A stretch of DNA of 32,000 nt, taken from the NCBI RefSeq assembly GCF_001735745.1, contig NZ_CP017260.1, forward strand, positions 1,740,001-1,772,000, given 5' to 3'. Both the position numbers and the translations under genes were made by a program. The number at the start of each line of letters is the position of its first letter. The first letter of the stretch is position 1. This DNA comes from Formosa sp. Hel1_33_131 (GTDB lineage: Bacteria; Bacteroidota; Bacteroidia; Flavobacteriales; Flavobacteriaceae). Under the pieces are notes generated by a model. That model saw only the letters and a list, made by a program, of their open reading frames with translations, did no database searches and had not been told where the DNA came from. Positions 17,859 to 24,660 of the stretch are shown here, piece after piece.

Positions 17859-19409
17859 TTATTTATTTGAATTAATTGACTCTACTATTTTTGCTGCTGC
17901 TTCATCCAATGATGGAAAAGGATCCTCCAATTCTTTGAATTTGATTCCAGGTGTTAATCCCGTTTGTTTACTTATAGAATCAGTTAACAGATATTGTACC
18001 TCATACATCTTCTCTTTTTGACACAATACGCTATCGTGAATGGTGATGTATGGGATATTATTTTTACTCAGTTCCAAACAACCATGCCTCAAAAATAAAT
18101 AGGACTCACATCGTTGGATTAGATATGAAAATGGACTTTTTAAATGATTTACATTGGACATGAATTGAATGAGTTTACTTACATCCTTAAATTTTCTTTC
18201 CATGTGTTTAATGAGTTCTACATTGACCCTCCTATTTTTGTCTGAAAAATTAATGTAGAGTTGAAATTGATCTTTTACCTTCTCACGGGTCATCCCAATA
18301 TCATCACCAATGGTTTTATAGATGTCATCTTTAAAGCTTAATGCCCGATATTTTTGGATTCCTCTCTTTCTCCAAAACCTGCCACACATATATGATATGA
18401 ATGTATCCAGTATAGGATATTTTATATTAGTTAATACATTACCTTGATATGTAATATATTCTATGTAGTTATTATTAATAACATTAGACTCTATAACCAT
18501 ATGTCCAGTAAATTTTTCTAAAAAATCTTGATACTCCATAGAATCACATGAATACTTAAAGGATTTGTAATATTGGGGGAAAATTGAATAGAGATTATAT
18601 CCACCTTTGGTCTCAGTGAAAAATTTTTCTGTGAGAATGGTGGCAAGGGTAAATGGATGTGATGTAGTTATATCTACTTCAACCATCTGTTTTCCATTTG
18701 TCCTTAAAAAATATCGTAATTCCCTCTTAATAGAAGTGAATACCGAATTGACTCTATGATTACTTTTAGATACAGAATAATTAAATTCCTCTTTTTCGAT
18801 GTTCTCAATTACTTTATGTGATTTTTTGAAGTATTTCTTTACCTGTGTTTTATTTTCCTTTACCACCTTTGACAATACCCTTTTTTTCAATTCTTTCAGG
18901 TAATTTTCAGCAGCTGCTGCATCTATGGTAATTTGAGATTGATCCATAGCCTCTTTGATGTGAATGTATCTGTCATCAAAACATTTCATGTCCAATTCCC
19001 ATTCATTTTTAAGTTTTTCTTTTCGAGTGTCATACTTACCGTCAATTTCAACTTCAACAAAATCATTCCCCTCAAGCACCCATTGATTGAGTTTATATCC
19101 AGTGTGTTTAACACCAGGGATAGTTAAGTTATCTGATAGGACAATGGGACCATTTTCGGTCACATTTGAGTCCATTAGGATGGTTTTAACCTCATTAAAT
19201 CTATTACGAGTCATTCTGTTTACAACTTTACTTGAAAGAGGTTTAAAACCCCTCAAATATTGATAGTCTTTTGAATTGTATATTGGGGGTGTTATACACG
19301 ATAAGACATAATAAGCAGCGTCACAAATGGATTTCTTGCGCTGTGATCTTCCCGTTACGTATTGACTAAAATCCACTTGATTGATCGACATTGGAATATT
19401 AACTTTCAT
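17859..19409 (-). CDS. hypothetical 516-aa protein; possible divergent family-A-like polymerase/replication protein
   Basis: Long ORF, co-directional and tightly spaced within the int module. Motifs VEVDITTSHPFTLA, REKVKDQFQLYINF and ITIHDSV occur in the order of palm motifs A/B/C. Confidence 0.55.
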   Translation of the reverse strand: MKVNIPMSINQVDFSQYVTGRSQRKKSICDAAYYVLSCITPPIYNSKDYQYLRGFKPLSSKVVNRMTRNRFNEVKTILMDSNVTENGPIVLSDNLTIPGVKHTGYKLNQWVLEGNDFVEVEIDGKYDTRKEKLKNEWELDMKCFDDRYIHIKEAMDQSQITIDAAAAENYLKELKKRVLSKVVKENKTQVKKYFKKSHKVIENIEKEEFNYSVSKSNHRVNSVFTSIKRELRYFLRTNGKQMVEVDITTSHPFTLATILTEKFFTETKGGYNLYSIFPQYYKSFKYSCDSMEYQDFLEKFTGHMVIESNVINNNYIEYITYQGNVLTNIKYPILDTFISYMCGRFWRKRGIQKYRALSFKDDIYKTIGDDIGMTREKVKDQFQLYINFSDKNRRVNVELIKHMERKFKDVSKLIQFMSNVNHLKSPFSYLIQRCESYLFLRHGCLELSKNNIPYITIHDSVLCQKEKMYEVQYLLTDSISKQTGLTPGIKFKELEDPFPSLDEAAAKIVESINSNK

Positions 19410-19421
19410 ATTCTTGTGGTG

Positions 19422-20954
19422 TTATGCCGCAGCGGTTAATCGATCCTCACTCTCAATGATGAGTGCTTGTTGTAATTCAGATTCAGTTCTTTCTCCTAAT
19501 ACCATATTCATTCTCTTATTACAGAATTCAACTGATACAGGGTCGATGTCAACTCCAATTGCGTTACATCCGTTACGGGCAAAAACCTCAAGTCCCTGAC
19601 CCGCACCACAAAAAATATCAATACAAGTCATTCCTGGCAAAGTGTATGATTCTACAAATTGTTGATATACATCCATAGGTGCTGGTGCATCGTGGGTGAA
19701 ATCAGGGTCGTATTTTTTGTATTCGGAATCGTTAACTACAGGAGTAATAATGACATTTGAGACAACAGTTTCTTCTGCTTGAACAAAAAATCTATTTGTT
19801 CCATCTTTTGCTTTGTGACTTTTCTTAACCATTTTTTTCCCTTCCTTTGTCTTTTTCATTTTGGGATTGAAATTCACTTTCGCACCTTTCATTTTACACA
19901 CCAATATCGTCTCATCCACTGGTCTGAAAAAGTCTTTTAGTATTACAGGAGTTGAGTTGCTTTTGATCCAAGGACTTTTTCCAATGATTTCAACTCCTGA
20001 TTCAAGTAACATCATTTCGTAACGGGTAATTACACTTTTATAACCACCCGAATATGACTCCCCAATTATAATAACGATAACTCCATTTTCATCCATAATG
20101 TCGATTAGTGCTTCAATGAATTTTTTACTGTTATCAATGTACTCTTCTACTGTAGCTTCCTGACCATATTTCATTTCACCTTGGTTTCGATATTTTTTCA
20201 TCGTCCTATACGTTGGGGAGAACATTGCGATATGAGGTCGATACTTTTTAAGATTTGATAAGTCCACGCTACTTTGATTAAACACCTTAAACCAAACATC
20301 TTTATTTACTGCTTCGGCTTTGATTTTCTCTTTAGTACGCTTTTTGTCGTCTTTATCTCTGCTACTCATCATTAATTTGTATGCTGCATCAATTTTGTAC
20401 GTGCCGTTATCAATACCATCAATTAAACCAAGGCTATTATCGGTTTTTTCGTAATCATACACAGACATTAACTTGCGTAATGTTCTACTTGAAAAATTAA
20501 GTCCTGAAAGCATACAAGCAATTTCAAATCTGTTCTTACCTGCGGTCCCAAATTCGTTTTCATTATCCAATTTATCCATTCCAAGCAAGTCATTTCTTTT
20601 GCCTTGGTTAGTGCCTATTAGCCCTAAGATATGTTCAATGTTGAAACATTTTTCAGATAGGTGCACCTTCGTCTTTAAATTATAAGTAATACGAGTATTT
20701 AATATTTCTGAATCAGGAATGTCAAGTACAATACAATCGAGAGATTCAAAATTTCCAGCTTCAATAGCGGAATAATAGCGATGACCGCCGTCAATAATGT
20801 AATAGATACCATCCCTCAATACAACAATCACCGCTGTCTTTTTAGGAAAGTGTTTCATTGAGAATGTAATGAATGGGTTGGGTTGGTATTTTTTGATTTT
20901 CAATACCAACGGGTGAATTCGTATTTCACTTAATTTTACTCTTGTTGTTTCCAT
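19422..20954 (-). CDS. ParB-like nuclease domain fused to a beta-class N4/N6 DNA methyltransferase
   Basis: N-terminal ParB/Srx motif YYIIDGGHRYYSA; motif IV-like MFSPTY; C-terminal HDAPAP...CIDIFCGAGQG...GVDID (AdoMet motif I after motif IV = beta permutation). Confidence 0.85.
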   Translation of the reverse strand: METTRVKLSEIRIHPLVLKIKKYQPNPFITFSMKHFPKKTAVIVVLRDGIYYIIDGGHRYYSAIEAGNFESLDCIVLDIPDSEILNTRITYNLKTKVHLSEKCFNIEHILGLIGTNQGKRNDLLGMDKLDNENEFGTAGKNRFEIACMLSGLNFSSRTLRKLMSVYDYEKTDNSLGLIDGIDNGTYKIDAAYKLMMSSRDKDDKKRTKEKIKAEAVNKDVWFKVFNQSSVDLSNLKKYRPHIAMFSPTYRTMKKYRNQGEMKYGQEATVEEYIDNSKKFIEALIDIMDENGVIVIIIGESYSGGYKSVITRYEMMLLESGVEIIGKSPWIKSNSTPVILKDFFRPVDETILVCKMKGAKVNFNPKMKKTKEGKKMVKKSHKAKDGTNRFFVQAEETVVSNVIITPVVNDSEYKKYDPDFTHDAPAPMDVYQQFVESYTLPGMTCIDIFCGAGQGLEVFARNGCNAIGVDIDPVSVEFCNKRMNMVLGERTESELQQALIIESEDRLTAAA

Positions 20955-20994
20955 TTTTTATTTATTTTAAGTTAAAAAGTTATGTCTTTTTTGT

Positions 20995-21017
20995 TTGGAT
21001 AAGAATATTTTATCCAA
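20995..21017. promoter_or_regulatory. palindromic operator-like site TTGGATAA-N7-TTATCCAA upstream of the ParB-MTase operon
   Basis: Perfect 8-bp inverted repeat, 41 bp upstream of the 20954 start codon. Confidence 0.45.
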
Positions 21018-21028
21018 TAATTTTTGTT

Positions 21029-21054
21029 AAAAAAAATGGAGTTTTACGTCCATT
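21029..21054 (-). terminator. weak intrinsic terminator after the 185-aa gene
   Basis: Minus strand reads aatgga-cgtaaaac-tccatt followed by eight T. Confidence 0.4.
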
Positions 21055-21077
21055 TTGTATCTATAAAGAACTTTTAA

Positions 21078-21635
21078 TTAAAAGTTAACTATCACTCTAT
21101 TCCCATCCAAATCAATTCCTGTTTCACCATCAGCTCCAAGATATTCGATACAGTACTGGTCCCACATCAAATAAAGGATATGTTTTTCTATTTCTTCTAA
21201 CTGATGTAATGGTATATTGCCATTGACTAATACCTTATTCTCAGGTCCAATATTTCTTGAAAACCAACGCACTTTTTTTCCAAAGTGGTCAATCCAAAAT
21301 GCTCTCATTACAATATACTTTACACCAGATTTCTTATTTTTATTTAGTGTCTTATAGAGTCTTACATTGAAAATCAATAATAGTTTTTCAATTCGAATTT
21401 TATATTGGTCAATTAAATTATACAAATTGATTGGTGCAAGTTTATTGCCATCTTTATCAGTAATATCTTCTGTGGTAGACAATAAGTTTTTGAATTCTGC
21501 CTTAACCTCCTCGAACTCCAAGTTAACCTCGTCCCAAAAATCACTATTTTGTTTGTTCTTTGGTTTATGATCATCGATCCAATCCTCAAACTTGAATATA
21601 TAATTCCAATTTTTATTGTAAAAGTCGTTTTTCAT
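21078..21635 (-). CDS. hypothetical protein, C-terminal AP2/Arm-like DNA-binding-type region
   Basis: The ORF is open to 21701, but a canonical promoter lies inside that extension, so MKNDFYNK at 21635 is the likely start. The C-terminal YIVMRAFWIDHFGKKVRWFS resembles three-stranded-sheet DNA-binding domains. Confidence 0.55.
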   Translation of the reverse strand: MKNDFYNKNWNYIFKFEDWIDDHKPKNKQNSDFWDEVNLEFEEVKAEFKNLLSTTEDITDKDGNKLAPINLYNLIDQYKIRIEKLLLIFNVRLYKTLNKNKKSGVKYIVMRAFWIDHFGKKVRWFSRNIGPENKVLVNGNIPLHQLEEIEKHILYLMWDQYCIEYLGADGETGIDLDGNRVIVNF

Positions 21636-21658
21636 TTGTGTCTTTATATTTTGTGGCA

Positions 21659-21689
21659 CAAATATAGACACAATTATTTTATGCACAAA
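21659..21689 (-). promoter_or_regulatory. Bacteroidota-type promoter TTTG-N19-TATATTTG
   Basis: On the minus strand, TTTG is at 21689-21686 and TATATTTG at 21666-21659, 24 nt before the ATG at 21635. It is embedded in the imperfect palindrome 21638-21671. Confidence 0.6.
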
Positions 21690-21829
21690 ATTTTTTTTCA
21701 ACTTTTTGCAATTTCGGCAAGAAGTAAATTATTTACGGTGGTAAAACTCAACTACACCCCCCTACAAAAAATAATTTATGACTCCATGTCTTTTTCAGTT
21801 GTATGACATATTTATAGGGAAACACTTGT

Positions 21830-22006
21830 ATGAAAGATAAAAAATCTAAAAGGGTAATCGTTCGGATAACTGAGAATCAGTTCAAAAATTTGATGGATTG
21901 TGTGATCAACGAAAATAAAAGTAGATATACAGCTTCTGATCTAATCAGAGAATCTGTAATCGAAAAATTAAATAAAATAAAAGAAGATGCTAACAGGAAG
22001 AAATAA
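21830..22006 (+). CDS. ribbon-helix-helix (CopG/MobC-like) small DNA-binding protein, 58 aa
   Basis: Not in the ORF track (<60 aa). MKDKKSKRVIVRITENQFKNLMDCVINENKSRYTASDLIRESVIEKLNKIKEDANRKK shows a beta-strand/helix/helix pattern typical of RHH. Confidence 0.6.
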   Translation: MKDKKSKRVIVRITENQFKNLMDCVINENKSRYTASDLIRESVIEKLNKIKEDANRKK

Positions 22007-22184
22007 TTTAGATTATGAATATTTCAATCGATATTTAAAGAATTGTGGATATAACGACATAAGCGAAATGGAGTTATTAAATGATTTTTTTAAAGAACGA
22101 TTAAATATTCCTCAAGAACATGAATTAGACCCTGAAAAGGTAATTTTCTTGAATGAATTGGTAAGTTTTTGTCGTAAAAAATAA
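21987..22184 (+). CDS. hypothetical 65-aa protein, overlaps the RHH gene by 20 nt
   Basis: The ORF start lies inside the RHH 3' end. No recognisable motif. Confidence 0.4.
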   Translation: MLTGRNNLDYEYFNRYLKNCGYNDISEMELLNDFFKERLNIPQEHELDPEKVIFLNELVSFCRKK

Positions 22185-22334
22185 TCAAGTTAAAAACCTT
22201 AAAATACCAACTGGCGCAGAAAACAATTCTCGATTTCATCTGTTGAATCCCTGATTTTGATCAATGTATTACATTAAATTATTATCGGCACGATTGGTTG
22301 GAATATTGAGCCATTTGTGAAATAAGGACCGTTT

Positions 22335-22784
22335 TTATTTATTTTTCAAATACAGTTTTGTAAGTGTTTCCCCCATTGTGTTACATAGAATTTCCTGTGG
22401 GTGGTGCGCCAATGAGAATTGTTCCAATTGATCCTGATAGAGTTTAGATTTAGTTTCTGATGTAATTAGGTAGTAATGGAAATATTCATGGATAACGGTA
22501 TTGATGAGTTCTCGTCGTATTAGATTGTTATCCCTGTATATTGTAATTGTATTGTTATAGAAACAATACTCTCCCGCAAGATGAGATTTACCTTCAACTA
22601 AAGTCAGTAGTGGTTTTTGTTTACGTATTGGATAAAGATGAAGGCACCAGCTTAATACATCGTCTGCCAAATGCAATTGACAGTCTTCACCATCAGGTTT
22701 TATAAATCTAATTATTTTACAAATCAGATTCAATAAGAACAACACTCCAACTATAATGAAATACCATTTAAAAAAAGTATCCAC
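22335..22784 (-). CDS. membrane-anchored HExxH (zincin-like, SprT/DUF45-like) protein
   Basis: N-terminal TM helix WYFIIVGVLFLLNLICKII and motif VIHEYFHYYL. The start overlaps the recombinase stop by 1 nt. Confidence 0.6.
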   Translation of the reverse strand: MDTFFKWYFIIVGVLFLLNLICKIIRFIKPDGEDCQLHLADDVLSWCLHLYPIRKQKPLLTLVEGKSHLAGEYCFYNNTITIYRDNNLIRRELINTVIHEYFHYYLITSETKSKLYQDQLEQFSLAHHPQEILCNTMGETLTKLYLKNK

Positions 22785-23425
22785 TACAGAATCCTTTTTA
22801 CTTTCATTACAGTATTGGTGGACTTATTTGTTATTGCACTAATATTTCGGATTGACAGCCCTCTATTTATTAACCGAACAACATCCGAGTGACGATTTAA
22901 TACTTTTTCATCACTATCAATATCTCCTTTTTTTCTTCCTACACTTTTCTTTCCATTTTTCTTGATATGATTGCGGTAACCTGACTGTAATCGAGATAGC
23001 GTCATCTTACTTTCCATATTTGCAACGCTGAACAATATTTGGACCATAAACATTGATAAACTATTTGGTGTCTTATCCTCGTTGAGCGTCTCAAGATTAA
23101 AATTCTTTATATAAAGTCCGACTTTTAAATCATGTAGGAGTTGTATGTTTTGAAGGGACTGAAGTACCGACCTTCCTATTCGACTTAACTCCCAAACTAA
23201 TATTTTATCAATTGATCCCTCTTTCGCCAGTTCCAACATCTTGGAAAAAACTGGTCTTTGATCGTTCTTTTTGAATCCACTTACCTTTTCTTCAAAAACT
23301 TCAACTACCTCATAGTTCATTCTCTTAGCATATTGTTGCAGTTCCTTTGTTTGTCTCTCTGTGTCCTGTCTTTCTGACTCTGAACTAACTCTTGAGTAAA
23401 TTACAGTCTTAATCATATGTATCAA
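22784..23425 (-). CDS. small serine recombinase (resolvase/invertase family)
   Basis: N-terminal VIYSRVSSESERQDTERQ (catalytic Ser context), WELSRIGRS, and a C-terminal HTH (RGLSIRNISAITNKSTNTV). The true start may be the MIKTVIY Met at 23416. Confidence 0.9.
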   Translation of the reverse strand: MIHMIKTVIYSRVSSESERQDTERQTKELQQYAKRMNYEVVEVFEEKVSGFKKNDQRPVFSKMLELAKEGSIDKILVWELSRIGRSVLQSLQNIQLLHDLKVGLYIKNFNLETLNEDKTPNSLSMFMVQILFSVANMESKMTLSRLQSGYRNHIKKNGKKSVGRKKGDIDSDEKVLNRHSDVVRLINRGLSIRNISAITNKSTNTVMKVKRIL

Positions 23426-23530
23426 TTTAATCCTTTGGGTTTCTGTGATGCTATGATACAGCGGATTAATGGGGTACCGGAATAATAAATGCTAAATTTT
23501 TGCTACAATAATTGTTTTGAGACACTTTTT

Positions 23531-23652
23531 GTGTGCGGATAATATTTCGTGAAGGATCACCGTCACGGGTTGATCATAATCGTTGTTATCCGCACACCCA
23601 AACGGTACTTGATCTACTCGACGGTCCACAGGTGGGATTATTATCCACACAC
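23531..23652. repeat. three copies of the 12-mer GTGTG(C/T)GGATAA (one forward, two inverted)
   Basis: gtgtgcggataa 23531-23542; ttatccgcacac 23586-23597; ttatccacacac 23641-23652. The cluster begins 105 bp upstream of the serine recombinase ORF start. Confidence 0.8.
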
Positions 23653-23795
23653 CTACTATACTACCCCATGGCGGTCCCCCCTGCAGGACTTCCTGCAGCC
23701 AAGCCCCCTCTTAAAAATGGGTATTTCGACTTTGCCACAGGGGGCTCAGTACTTCGAATGAAATTTTTTTCCAAAAAAATGGGTTAGGGGGGGTT
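23531..23795. other. GC-rich, hairpin-dense non-coding element (candidate structured RNA, recombination site cluster or oriT-like region)
   Basis: Visibly higher G+C than the flanks, C- and G-runs, several perfect inverted repeats, and no credible ORF. Confidence 0.5.
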
Positions 23796-23840
23796 ACTTC
23801 ATAAATAAAATTTTCAGATTTTTTTCAGAAAATTGACCTT

Positions 23841-24041
23841 TTATACTTTAAGTAGTTTCTCCATAATTTTGACCATCGCGAAGGTGTCTAACTTACAGTA
23901 CTCCAGGAGTTGTCTCCTTGTTTCTTCTGCATCACCCTGAAATGTTCCATTTACCATAGAAAGAAAAGTATTGGATGCAGTGTTTATACTATTATAGTGT
24001 AGCCGTTTTTTAATTAAAAGACTTCGTTCAAACACCCTCAA
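23841..24041 (-). pseudogene. 3'-terminal remnant of a DUF2779-like (exonuclease-fold) gene
   Basis: The end reads ...RRQLLEYCKLDTFAMVKIMEKLLKV, matching the C-terminal LLxYCxLDTxAMV signature of that family as I remember it. Only ~45-65 codons remain. Confidence 0.55.
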
Positions 24042-24253
24042 AGATTAAGAGAAGATCTCCCAGTGATTATAAGACCAGTCCAAAATAGTATTGAAAAAAA
24101 GTTTAATGCATCTTTATAGTCTATTTCATTATATTTGAATTAAAATAAACGAGAACAAAGATCCTGTTATCCGGAAACACAGATCTATAAACAGGCCGTT
24201 TGTTCTACATATAACGAGTTGTGCATAATGCAGAAACCGAATTAAGAAAAAAC

Positions 24254-24286
24254 TTTGCACATTGCATTGAAAATTATCTATCTTTG
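24254..24286 (+). promoter_or_regulatory. candidate promoter TTTG-N21-TATCTTTG for the DUF6660/TBDR pair
   Basis: TTTG at 24254-24257 and TATCTTTG at 24279-24286. The ATG at 24292 would give an almost leaderless transcript. Confidence 0.4.
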
Positions 24287-24291
24287 TGATA

Positions 24292-24609
24292 ATGAAATTT
24301 ACTACTATCATATTATCATTATTAATACTTGCTTTGTCAATGAAACCTTGTTCTGACGGAAATAATGCCGAAGACAAACACCAAGACGAAATAAGTGCTA
24401 ATCATAATCACCAAAATGATAGTGATGATACTTGTCCTGTAACTTGTATTTGCAATTGTTGCGGAACATCTATTACTTATCAAGTAATTAAAACTCTTGA
24501 TTTGGGATTAAAAAACCGAATTTCTACAGAAATATTATTTGTTTATCAATCAACATACAGATTTGATTTTCACTCAAATATTTGGCAACCGCCACAATTG
24601 ATTAGTTAA
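24292..24609 (+). CDS. DUF6660-like small secreted Cys/His-rich protein
   Basis: Signal-like N-terminus, LSMKPCSDG, His-rich spacer, DDTCPVTCICNCCG, and C-terminal IWQPPQL. This pattern recurs upstream of TonB receptors in Bacteroidota (from memory). An alternative GTG start lies at 24286. Confidence 0.6.
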   Translation: MKFTTIILSLLILALSMKPCSDGNNAEDKHQDEISANHNHQNDSDDTCPVTCICNCCGTSITYQVIKTLDLGLKNRISTEILFVYQSTYRFDFHSNIWQPPQLIS

Positions 24610-24660
24610 ATTTTAGACTCAAAGTCAAAAAAATTAAATTAATCAATTTTTACATTTTCA

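Noticed and set aside
19381-19678. Plus-strand ORFs (72 and 71 aa) over the 3' end of the ParB-MTase gene.
   Set aside because: They are antisense to a well-supported CDS and have no motifs.
21367-21806. Plus-strand ORFs of 67 and 85 aa.
   Set aside because: They are antisense to the 185-aa gene and its promoter region, with hydrophobic AT-rich-frame artefacts.
23681-23746. Local resemblance to known RNAs: gcagccaag (SRP RNA domain IV), ccaagccc / gccacag (cobalamin riboswitch B12-box-like, with a TonB receptor ~900 bp downstream), and tgaga...ggataat (TPP riboswitch-like) at 23517-23545.
   Set aside because: Only 7-9-nt matches. The required flanking conserved elements and pairings (GNRA-closed SRP helix, GGTG..AATCC core, TPP P3 stem) are absent. 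A gene remnant on the opposite strand separates it from the receptor.
23533-23787. Two overlapping ORFs (84 and 70 aa) in the GC-rich element.
   Set aside because: The translations are Pro/Gly/His/Tyr-rich and unlike the local proteome. The region is dominated by inverted repeats, so it is treated as non-coding.
24286-24330. Fur-box-like AT-rich words (gataatgaaa..., attatcattatt) at the start of the DUF6660 gene.
   Set aside because: They lie within the coding sequence for the signal peptide of an AT-rich gene, and no clean 19-bp palindrome is present. I cannot distinguish this from composition.
24129-24377. 82-aa minus-strand ORF.
   Set aside because: It overlaps the promoter and the signal-peptide coding part of the DUF6660 gene and has no motifs. 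The hairpin at 24152-24206 lies inside it.
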